From positions 128,152 to 192,151 of the forward strand of contig JBFXKG010000009.1 in assembly GCA_050174015.1 (NCBI GenBank): a DNA stretch of 64,000 nt, given 5' to 3'. The notes beneath the pieces were generated by a model. It saw nothing but the letters and a program-made list of their open reading frames with translations, searched no databases and was not told the origin of the DNA. The position numbers and the translations under genes are program-made. This DNA is from Candidatus Krumholzibacteriia bacterium (GTDB taxonomy: Bacteria; Krumholzibacteriota; Krumholzibacteriia; LZORAL124-64-63). How positions within the stretch are numbered: the stretch's first letter is position 1; each line of letters opens with the position of its first letter. Below, in pieces: positions 51,248 to 59,273 of this stretch.

Positions 51248-52117
51248 ATGAGCGGCAGCCAAGACACGACGGCCTCCCGTCCCGGCCCCGGCGGCCCGGC
51301 CTATCCCCAGCCCCTGCCCAGCCTGGGCGCGGTCCTGTGGATCGCCTGGTTCTCGGTCCGCGAGATGGCGCGGCGGAGGCGCCTGGTCTCCCTGGGCCTG
51401 ATCAACCTGCTGCCGGTCATGGTGGTCCTGGCCGTGCGGATCTGGTTCCCCGACCAGGGCATCACCGCCCAGCTGCAGCTGACGAGCCTGACCCACGACA
51501 CGTTCATCCCCTTCCTCATCCCCATCGTCGCCCTCGCGGTCGGGGTGTCGGCGATCGGGGAGCAGGTGGAGGAGGGCACCATCGTCTACACCTGGACGCG
51601 GCCCATCAGGCGGCGCGCCATCTACCTGGGCCGGCTGGCGGCCGCCCAGACCGTGGCCACCGTGCTGCTGTCGGTTTCGCTCATCCTGTGCTTCCTGGTC
51701 ATGGTCTCGGCGGGCCTGTCGGTCATCACCTGGGACTTCCTGAAGCTCTACATCCAGACCTTCATGATCATCGCCGTGGGGGCCTTCGCCTACGCCGCCC
51801 TGTTCGCGGCCATGGGCACCTTCTTCAAGAAGCCCGTCCTGCCGGCCATCCTGTTCGCCTTCGGCTGGGAGAACCTGGTGGCCAACATCCCCGCCCGCGT
51901 CCAGGAGCTGAGCCTCCAGTTCCACCTGCGCAACCTCGTCGAGCGGCCCCAGGCCGTGCCCGAGGACCTGCCCGGCCTGCTCGGGGCGATCCTCAGCACC
52001 GCCTTCCAGCGGGAGCCCGTCCCCCGGCTGCAATCCGTCGCCGTGCTCGTGGCCGTGGCCGCGATCGCGGTCGTGGTCGGGGTGTGGCTGCTGAGGAACA
52101 AGGAGATCGAGAAGTAG
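51248..52117 (+). CDS. ABC-2 type permease
   Basis: About 6 TM segments; EQVEEGTIVYTWTRPIRR. Confidence 0.85.
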   Translation: MSGSQDTTASRPGPGGPAYPQPLPSLGAVLWIAWFSVREMARRRRLVSLGLINLLPVMVVLAVRIWFPDQGITAQLQLTSLTHDTFIPFLIPIVALAVGVSAIGEQVEEGTIVYTWTRPIRRRAIYLGRLAAAQTVATVLLSVSLILCFLVMVSAGLSVITWDFLKLYIQTFMIIAVGAFAYAALFAAMGTFFKKPVLPAILFAFGWENLVANIPARVQELSLQFHLRNLVERPQAVPEDLPGLLGAILSTAFQREPVPRLQSVAVLVAVAAIAVVVGVWLLRNKEIEK

Positions 52118-52231
52118 GGGTCGCGGCGTTCACATGCCGATTGCAATTCCGGAGATTTTTGGGCATCATTGTGGGGTGAGGCCGCAGGGGCCCCGGTAGG
52201 GCCCCAGGAATCCGCATCCAGCCGGGACACC

Positions 52232-52816
52232 ATGCTCACGCCGGAATTCTTCGCCAGGGACACCCTGACCGTCGCTCACGACCTGATCGGCGCCGAGATC
52301 GTCGCCGGGACCGGCCCGGAGGCCGTCGCCGGGAGGATCGTCGAAGCGGAGGCCTACCTGGGTATGGCCGATCCCGCCTCGCACGCCGGGCGGGGGTGGA
52401 CCCCCCGCAGCGCGATCATGTTCGGCCCGCCCGCTGTGGCCTACGTCTACCTGATCTACGGCATGCACCACTGCCTCAACTTCGTGACCGAACCCGAGGG
52501 CACTCCGGGCGCCGTGTTGATCCGTGCCCTGGCTCCGGTTTCGGGCCGCGAGATCATGGCCCGCCGCCGGGGTCTGGACCCCGCCGCCTGCCGGGATCAG
52601 GATCTCGCCTCGGGTCCCGGGCGCCTGTGCCAGGCCCTGGGGATCGACATCTCCTGGAACGGCGTCCCCCTGGGTACCGATCCGCGGCGGTTGGTGGTGC
52701 GCAGCGTTTCGGGAAACGGGATCAGGGTGGAGCGGACCCCGCGCATCGGGATCCGCAAGGCCGTGGACCTTCCCTACCGCTTCGTCGCCGCCGGCAGCCC
52801 CTGCCTGACGGATTGA
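52232..52816 (+). CDS. DNA-3-methyladenine glycosylase (MPG/AAG family)
   Basis: GRIVEAEAY, YVYLIYGMHHCLN, VLIRAL, GPGRLCQAL, PRIGI. Confidence 0.92.
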   Translation: MLTPEFFARDTLTVAHDLIGAEIVAGTGPEAVAGRIVEAEAYLGMADPASHAGRGWTPRSAIMFGPPAVAYVYLIYGMHHCLNFVTEPEGTPGAVLIRALAPVSGREIMARRRGLDPAACRDQDLASGPGRLCQALGIDISWNGVPLGTDPRRLVVRSVSGNGIRVERTPRIGIRKAVDLPYRFVAAGSPCLTD

Positions 52817-52841
52817 CAAGAACGCCTCTTGCCGATAGTTT
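52813..52841 (+). promoter_or_regulatory. Putative sigma70 promoter of the M16 pair
   Basis: TTGACA-17 bp-TAGTTT. Confidence 0.55.
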
Positions 52842-52978
52842 TCCGGGGATCCCCCGCACGACACCGCAGCCGGCGATCCCGCCCGTTGCCGCGAATTTCG
52901 TCCGCCTGGAACCCGGAGGGGATTCCAGGCTTGTCCGTGTCGCTCCGCCATCCGGGAGCATTGCCATCGGAGGCGTCC

Positions 52979-54763
52979 ATGCCCGCGAGAATCCGTCACC
53001 TCACCGTCCTGTCGGCGGTCCTGCTGCTCCTGGCTGCGGGCCAGGCCCCGGCCCAGTCCTACCTCGACCTGCAGGACCAGGTCCAGGAGTTCACCCTGGA
53101 CAACGGGGTCCGTTTCCTGGTCCTGGAGAAGCATGACGTCCCTGTCTTCTCCTTCCGCACCTTCGTCAACGTCGGCAGCGCCAACGAGACCCGGGGCATC
53201 ACCGGCCTGTCCCACATCCTCGAACACATGGCGTTCAAGGGCACGGCCGAGATCGGGACCACCGACTACAAGGCCGAGCTGAAGGCCATGCAGGCCGAGG
53301 ACGCCGCCTTCGACGCCTTCAAGCAGGTCCGTCTGGCCATCAAGCCGGTCCTGGCTGAGTACGAACTGCACGTGTCCCGCATCCCCGAGGACGGCCTGGA
53401 CGAATTCCGGGCCCTCGAGGCTGCGCTGAAGGACCTGCCGGTCGAGATCGCCGTGGCCGGCGAGGACGGCGGCCCGGTGGGTGACGACCTCTTCGAGAAC
53501 GGCGGCAAGGCCAAGGTCACCATCAACCACGCCATGGGGACCGAGCAGGAGAAGGTCGACGACTTCACCGTGGGCGAGGAGGCCTACCGGGCCCTGTCCT
53601 TCTACCTCGAGGACGTCAAGGACCTCAAGGAGGACTACATCGCCAAGGAGGCCGCCTTCGAGGCCGCCAAGGACGCCGCCCGCGAGTTCGTCGTCACCAA
53701 CGAGTACGGCAAGATCGTCGAGAACAACGGCGGCAGCGGCCTGAACGCCTACACCAGCAGCGACGTGACGGTCTACCTGTACAACCTGCCCAGCAACCGG
53801 CTGGAGCTGTGGGCCTACCTCGAGGGCAGCCGCATGGCCGACCCGGTGCTGCGCGAGTTCTACACGGAGAAGGACGGCCCGGTGACCGAGGAGCGCCGGA
53901 TGAGGACCGACAACAACCCCATCGGCCGCCTGATCGAGCAGTTCCAGAACCTGATGTTCATGGCCAACGGCTACCACCACGGGACCATCGGCTACATGTC
54001 GGACATCCAGAACATCAGCCGCGCCGACTGCCGGGCCTACTTCGAGAAGAACTACGTCGGCTCCAACATCGTGGTGGCCCTGGTCGGCGACGTGGAATTC
54101 GACGAGGTCCGGAAGTACGCCGAGAAGTACTTCGCCGACATCCCGGCCGGCCGGCCCGAGCCCGTCGAGACCTTCGAGCCCGAGCAGCTTGGCGAGAAGC
54201 GGTTCGTGATGAAGGATCCCAGCCAGCCCCTGTACATCGCCGGTTACCACCTGGAGAACGTGCAGCATCCGGACTGGCCGATCTACGAGGTCATCGCCGA
54301 CGTCCTGGGCCAGGGCCGCACCAGCCGCCTCCACAAGAGCCTGGTCAAGGAGCAGCAGATCGCCATCAACGCCATGACCTTCCCCGGCTTCCCCGGCCAG
54401 AAGTACGAGACCGGGCTGCTGGTCTTCGCCATGCCGGTCAAGGACAAGACGGCCCTGGACCTCGAGGCCGCCATCGAGGCGGAGATCCAGAAGATCGTGG
54501 ACGAGGGCATCACGGCCGAGGAACTGGCCGGGGTCAAGCAGAGGGCCCGCGCCAACTTCATCCGCGGCCTGGACGGCAACGCCGGCATGGCCAGCCAGCT
54601 GGCCTGGTACCAGACGTACATGGGCGACTGGCGGAAGCTCTTCGCCGAGGTCGAGCGGATCAACGCGGTGACCCTGGATGACGTCAAGCGCGTCGCCGGG
54701 GAGATCTTCCAGAAGGATAACCGCACCGTGGCCATCATCGAGACCGAGCAGAAGGAATCCTGA
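52979..54763 (+). CDS. M16 (pitrilysin family) zinc peptidase, active subunit with a large insertion
   Basis: Signal peptide; HILEH (HxxEH), LNAYTS, VTEERRMR. Confidence 0.9.
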   Translation: MPARIRHLTVLSAVLLLLAAGQAPAQSYLDLQDQVQEFTLDNGVRFLVLEKHDVPVFSFRTFVNVGSANETRGITGLSHILEHMAFKGTAEIGTTDYKAELKAMQAEDAAFDAFKQVRLAIKPVLAEYELHVSRIPEDGLDEFRALEAALKDLPVEIAVAGEDGGPVGDDLFENGGKAKVTINHAMGTEQEKVDDFTVGEEAYRALSFYLEDVKDLKEDYIAKEAAFEAAKDAAREFVVTNEYGKIVENNGGSGLNAYTSSDVTVYLYNLPSNRLELWAYLEGSRMADPVLREFYTEKDGPVTEERRMRTDNNPIGRLIEQFQNLMFMANGYHHGTIGYMSDIQNISRADCRAYFEKNYVGSNIVVALVGDVEFDEVRKYAEKYFADIPAGRPEPVETFEPEQLGEKRFVMKDPSQPLYIAGYHLENVQHPDWPIYEVIADVLGQGRTSRLHKSLVKEQQIAINAMTFPGFPGQKYETGLLVFAMPVKDKTALDLEAAIEAEIQKIVDEGITAEELAGVKQRARANFIRGLDGNAGMASQLAWYQTYMGDWRKLFAEVERINAVTLDDVKRVAGEIFQKDNRTVAIIETEQKES

Positions 54764-54812
54764 TCCGGGGGAACCCTTTCCCGCCTGGACGGGAACTGAA
54801 AGGAACCGAAAC

Positions 54813-56951
54813 ATGTCGAACTTGAAGAAATACCTGCTGCCCGGGCTCGCACTTCTCCTGGCGGTCGCCGTGCTCGTGCCCGGCGACGCGGTGGCCAAGA
54901 AGCCCTGGGAGAAGATCAGGATCCCCGAGCTCAACGAGATCAAGCTGCCCGATTACGAGAGGGTGGTCCTGGACAACGGCATGGTCCTGTACCTGGCCGA
55001 GGACCACGAGTTCCCCCTGGTGGAGCTGAGCGCCACCGTGGACGTGGGCGGCATCTACGAGCCCGAGGACAAGGTGGGCCTGGCGGGGATGACCGGCGAG
55101 GTCATGCGCACCGGCGGCACGACCACCCGGGACGGGGACGAGATCGACGAGCTGGTCGAGGCCCGCGGCCTGGCCGTGGAGACCTGGATCGGCCAGAACG
55201 ACGGCGGCGCCTACCTGTCCGCCCTGAAGGAGGACACGCAGTTCGGCCTGGAGCTGCTGGCCGACATCCTGCGCAATCCCGCCTTCCCCGAGGACAAGAT
55301 CAAGCTGGCCAAGGAGCAGCAGAAAGCCCAGATCAGCCGGCGCAACGACGACCCCATGAGCATCGCCCGGCGCGAGGCCATGGTGGCGGTGTTCGGCGAG
55401 GGCCACCCCATGTCCCGCTATCCCGAGTACGACACCATCGCCTCGGTGACCCGCCAGGACATGCTGGACTTCCACCGCGACTTCTTCGGACCGGACCGCA
55501 CCTATCTCGTGGTGATCGGCGACTTCCAGACGCAGTCGATGATCGGCCTGATCGAGCAGGCCTTCGCGGGTTGGGCGCCGGCGGCCGAGCCGAAGCCGGC
55601 CGACCCGGAGATCTACGACCTGCCCCGCACGGTCAACGTCGTCGACAAGGACGACCTGACCCAGACCACGATCCTCATGGGCCACAAGGGCATCCGCGCG
55701 GACAGCCCCCACTACGCCGGGGTCATGGTCGGCAACCGCATCCTGGGCGGAGGCTTCTCCACCCGGCTGTTCAACGAGATCCGCAGCCGGCAGGGCCTGG
55801 CCTACTCGGTGGGCAGCGCCCCGGGCACCGGCTTCCGGTTCCCGGGCCTGTTCATGGCCTTCACCATGACCAAGAGCGAGAGCAGCGAGAAGGCCACCAC
55901 GGCGATCCTCGGCGAGATCGAGAAGATGATCACCGAGGAGGTCACCCCCGAGGAACTGGACCAGGCCAAGGACGGGATCCTCAACTCCGAGGTCTTCAGC
56001 TTCGACACCAAGCGCGAGATCCTCGACCGCATGGTCATGTACGAGCGCTACGGCTATCCCCAGGACTTCCTGCAGCAGTACCAGGACCAGGTGCGGAACA
56101 TGACGGCCGCCCAGGTGCTCGCGGCCGCCCAGGCCGTGTGGAAGCCCGACCAGATGACCATCCTGGCCGTGGGCAACTACGAGGACTGGGACGGGGACTT
56201 CACGAAGTTCGGAACCGTGAACATGGTGGACATCACCATCCCGGAGCCCGCGCTGCAGATCCCCGACGCCACCCCCGAGACCCTGGCCGAGGGCATGAAG
56301 CTGATGGAGGCCTCCCGCGAGGCCGCCGGCGGCGCCAAGCTTTTCGCCGGACTGGACACCTACTTCAGCAAGTCCCTGCTCGCGGCCAAGATCCAGGGCA
56401 TGGACCTCAACTTCACCATCGAGAAGACGGTCGACTATCCCGACAAGGCCTACACGATCCAGAAGACGCCCTTCGGCAACATGACCCAGGTCCTGGCCGG
56501 CGACGCGGCGTGGGCCACCGGTCCCATGGGCAACAAGGACCTGGAGGGCGAGGACCTGCAGGCCGCCAAGGACGAGCTGATGACCGACACGGTCAGCGTC
56601 TACCGCTTCCTCGACCGGTTCAAGTGCCAGGCCCTCGAGCCCACCAAGGTCGACGACGTCATGTGCCGTCCGGTGCACGTCAGCGGCGTGGGCGAGGACT
56701 ACCAGATCTTCTTCCTCGACGCGGAGACCGGCCGCGTCGTGATGATCCAGGCGCCCGGGATCTCGCCCATGACCCAGGCTCCCGTCACCCAGAAGGTCTT
56801 CGTGGACGAGTACATGGACATGGGCGGGTTCACCATGCCCAAGGCCATGCGCCTGACCTACGACGACGAGCTTTTCGGGACCATCACGGTGGAGGAGTTC
56901 CAGGCGAACGTCTCCGTCGATCAGAAACTTTTCGCGAAGGGCATCAACTGA
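54813..56951 (+). CDS. M16 peptidase partner subunit (no HxxEH) with an extra C-terminal beta-rich domain
   Basis: LDNGMVLY, LGGGFSTRLFNEIR..GLAYSV; extension of about 230 aa after VGN. Confidence 0.88.
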   Translation: MSNLKKYLLPGLALLLAVAVLVPGDAVAKKPWEKIRIPELNEIKLPDYERVVLDNGMVLYLAEDHEFPLVELSATVDVGGIYEPEDKVGLAGMTGEVMRTGGTTTRDGDEIDELVEARGLAVETWIGQNDGGAYLSALKEDTQFGLELLADILRNPAFPEDKIKLAKEQQKAQISRRNDDPMSIARREAMVAVFGEGHPMSRYPEYDTIASVTRQDMLDFHRDFFGPDRTYLVVIGDFQTQSMIGLIEQAFAGWAPAAEPKPADPEIYDLPRTVNVVDKDDLTQTTILMGHKGIRADSPHYAGVMVGNRILGGGFSTRLFNEIRSRQGLAYSVGSAPGTGFRFPGLFMAFTMTKSESSEKATTAILGEIEKMITEEVTPEELDQAKDGILNSEVFSFDTKREILDRMVMYERYGYPQDFLQQYQDQVRNMTAAQVLAAAQAVWKPDQMTILAVGNYEDWDGDFTKFGTVNMVDITIPEPALQIPDATPETLAEGMKLMEASREAAGGAKLFAGLDTYFSKSLLAAKIQGMDLNFTIEKTVDYPDKAYTIQKTPFGNMTQVLAGDAAWATGPMGNKDLEGEDLQAAKDELMTDTVSVYRFLDRFKCQALEPTKVDDVMCRPVHVSGVGEDYQIFFLDAETGRVVMIQAPGISPMTQAPVTQKVFVDEYMDMGGFTMPKAMRLTYDDELFGTITVEEFQANVSVDQKLFAKGIN

Positions 56952-56994
56952 CGTGATGCCTTCCCCGGCAAGGACTTGATCGGGTCCTGAAACA

Positions 56995-57033
56995 GAAAAG
57001 AGAAACGGGCGGCCCCGAAAGGCCGCCCGTTTC
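56995..57033 (-). terminator. Intrinsic terminator (probably bidirectional)
   Basis: GAAACGGGCGGCC-N6-GGCCGCCCGTTTC (57002-57033); the minus strand continues TCTTTTCTGTTTC. Confidence 0.8.
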
Positions 57034-57178
57034 ACTATCCTGCGTTGACCGGATCGTCCTGCAGTGGTAGGATCTTGTTGTAAAGTTTTATAGCTGCTTC
57101 AAAGGTCTACCTGGGAATAAAGATTGAAGTGCGCGAGCTTCGATGTCCCCAGGGCTGTCGCCAGTGAAGCAGCTATAA
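56995..57178 (-). ncRNA. Candidate structured small RNA, about 180 nt, family unknown
   Basis: Extended -10 promoter directly upstream; 91-nt 5' hairpin closed by a perfect 14-bp stem; intrinsic terminator with a minus-strand U tract; no ATG in the predicted transcript. Confidence 0.6.
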
Positions 57179-57182
57179 TCAT

Positions 57183-57212
57183 ATTATAGCACAAAGAATA
57201 ATGAGATGTCCA
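57183..57212 (-). promoter_or_regulatory. Sigma70 extended -10 promoter
   Basis: Minus strand TGGACA-18 bp-TATAAT with a TGn extension (TGCTATAAT) and an AT-rich upstream region. Confidence 0.7.
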
Positions 57213-57446
57213 AAATATTTTCATTTGGTTATTATTGATGTTAATGCGTGCTTTTTTAATGAGTTTCATGAAAACGACGTCCGCTTTTTGTCGGATTTTC
57301 CGAATATCAGGCTCGATCTCCGGGTAGGAGATCCAGGGCCGCCGGTTCGATCTCGGCCCGGTCTTCCCTGCAACTCGTGGAGTTGATCGCCGTACAAGAG
57401 GGACTCCGGCCGTCCCGGCCTCGTCGCTAATGAGAAAGGAACCGCC

Positions 57447-57719
57447 ATGGGTCTTCTGGAACTGATCATCCTGCTGGGCGTCCTGATGGTCGTCCTCAGC
57501 GTGGGTCTGCTGCTGCTGAAGTTCGCATTCGCCGTGGTGCTGCTGCCCCTGAAGCTGGCGTTCTGGCTGACCAAGGGGCTGCTGTTCCTGGTGATCGGAC
57601 TGCCGCTGCTGCTGATCGTCGGGACGCTGGTGACGGCGCTGCTGCCGGTGGGGTTGCTCCTGCTTTTCCTGCCGGTCATCCTGCTCGGCGGGTTGACCTG
57701 CAAGCTGGTCGGGATCTGA
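57447..57719 (+). CDS. Small hydrophobic membrane protein (90 aa)
   Basis: Leu-rich, 2-3 TM segments, AAGGA RBS. Confidence 0.7.
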   Translation: MGLLELIILLGVLMVVLSVGLLLLKFAFAVVLLPLKLAFWLTKGLLFLVIGLPLLLIVGTLVTALLPVGLLLLFLPVILLGGLTCKLVGI

Positions 57720-58196
57720 TCACCGCTTCTTCATGCTGATCGTGAGCCGGAAGGCGGCGACGGGTTCGGATCCCAGCTTGTCCGGACAGGTCGCCGTCAC
57801 GGTCACGGTCCCCTCCTCGCGCTCTCCGCTGGCTTCCGCCTTTTCCAGCAGTTCCACCAGCAGCGGACCGTCGTTGCAGGTGAAGACGGTGGCGCCCTCG
57901 GCCCGCTTGAGGAAATCCGCCTGGAAATCCTTGAACAGGAACGCCACGCGGGACTTCCGCTCCCGGATCAGGTTCATGATCATCAACCCGCCCGACAGAT
58001 CCGCTCCTATGCAGAGCGCGCCGAAGTACATCGACCGCAGGTGGTTCTTCACCAGCCAGCTCAGGGGCACCCTCACGATGCAGGTCTGATCGTCGGCCCG
58101 CAGGATGGTCGGCCGGATCAGCGCGATCAGCGGGATGCGTGTCAGCGCGAACAGGCGGATGGCCCAGGTGGTCTTGAGGACTTTCAGGTCGGGCAT
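57720..58196 (-). CDS. Hotdog-fold thioesterase-like protein (DUF4442/YiiD-like)
   Basis: KNHLRSMYFGAL..GADLSGG, FLKRAEG; AGGAG RBS before MPDL. Confidence 0.75.
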   Translation of the reverse strand: MPDLKVLKTTWAIRLFALTRIPLIALIRPTILRADDQTCIVRVPLSWLVKNHLRSMYFGALCIGADLSGGLMIMNLIRERKSRVAFLFKDFQADFLKRAEGATVFTCNDGPLLVELLEKAEASGEREEGTVTVTATCPDKLGSEPVAAFRLTISMKKR

Positions 58197-58302
58197 GGGG
58201 TCTCCTGTGCTGGGGTTCGGCGGCATGATGCCGGATCGCGGGGCGAGGGGCAAGGCCGGTCTTGTTCACCTGGGTGCGCCGGGCGCCTTTCTCCCGCCGG
58301 GA

Positions 58303-58803
58303 TCAACCGGCGGCGAGCAGCCGGGCGCAGACGAGCATGTAGCCCATGGTGGCGCCCCAGTGGGAGAGCAACGCAGGCCAGATGGAATCCCAGCGCCGGC
58401 GGCTCCAGGTCCAGAACACGGCGCCCGCCATCACCCCGATGTGCATGATGACGGTCCCGGGCGGGCCCGGGGCCAAGGTTCCGACGGTGAGGACATGGTA
58501 GCTGGAGAAAAGCAGCACCAGGACGGCTCCCGATCTCCAACCTTTCAAGAGGCGGTCCTGCAGCCAGCCGCGCCAGAACAGCTCCTCGGCGGGGCCGTTG
58601 ACGATGGCCATGAAGGCCATGGTGAAGCCGGGATGGCGGGAATCGAGACCCCAACCGGACAGTACCTTGTCCAGGGTGTCCGGGGCGGGGAACATGGCGG
58701 GCGCCAGGAGGAAGACGGCCGGAGCGCTGTGCAGGACGGCGAGGCCCAGGATGACGAGGATGGGGGCAACGACGGCGGCCGCCCAGGTCCGATCGGACGT
58801 CAT
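58303..58803 (-). CDS. CPBP/CAAX (Abi) family intramembrane metalloprotease
   Basis: AEELFWRG, LFSSYH, ALLSHW; coupled to the upstream gene (ATGA). Confidence 0.82.
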   Translation of the reverse strand: MTSDRTWAAAVVAPILVILGLAVLHSAPAVFLLAPAMFPAPDTLDKVLSGWGLDSRHPGFTMAFMAIVNGPAEELFWRGWLQDRLLKGWRSGAVLVLLFSSYHVLTVGTLAPGPPGTVIMHIGVMAGAVFWTWSRRRWDSIWPALLSHWGATMGYMLVCARLLAAG

Positions 58804-59018
58804 GAGCGGAACTGCTCCCGCAGCCGGTCGAACCTCCCGCCATAGACCAGGTCGAAGAGATCCGTCCTGTCGGGCAGGCGTTCGGCGCACCAGCGTCTTA
58901 GCCCGCGGATCTCGATCTCGATGTCGACGTCCGGGTAGTCGCTGCCGACGATCAGCGCGCAGATGCGGTCGGCGCGGCGCTGGAGTTCCTCGGCGATGGG
59001 ATCACGGGGACGGGGCAT
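58800..59018 (-). CDS. Small hypothetical protein (72 aa)
   Basis: MPRPRDPIAEELQRRADRIC...FDLVYGGRFDRLREQFRS; AAGGAGG RBS. Confidence 0.7.
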   Translation of the reverse strand: MPRPRDPIAEELQRRADRICALIVGSDYPDVDIEIEIRGLRRWCAERLPDRTDLFDLVYGGRFDRLREQFRS

Positions 59019-59273
59019 GGGGCCTCCTTCCGGCACCAGAATAGTACAACTTGGGGCCGGCGTCTCGCCGCCTATCTCGTTGGCATTCGTCACGCACGCA
59101 ATTTGATCTATCAGGCCGCAGAGGGGTTCAATTGGAACCCTCCAGGACCATGATTCTTCAAGTCCAGATTGCCGCCATGCGCCGACCGGCTGAAATTGCC
59201 TGCCGGGGGGTGCGTGTGTTACATTCCGCGAACCGTTATTCCGAAACATCCGCCCCTTGCAAAGGTCAGCGCC

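Noticed and set aside
57075..57180. CRISPR repeat/tracrRNA, retron ncRNA or SRP RNA
   Set aside because: No repeat-spacer array, cas gene or reverse transcriptase in the window; the GAAGCAGC string lacks the SRP helix-8 GNRA context
57099..57182. 27-aa minus-strand ORF MIIAASLATALGTSKLAHFNLYSQVDL as a type I toxin
   Set aside because: Its ATG abuts the -10 box, upstream of the predicted start, and there is no RBS
59040..59270. Cobalamin riboswitch upstream of icmF
   Set aside because: Only a small hairpin near 59121-59142; no B12 box or conserved core found
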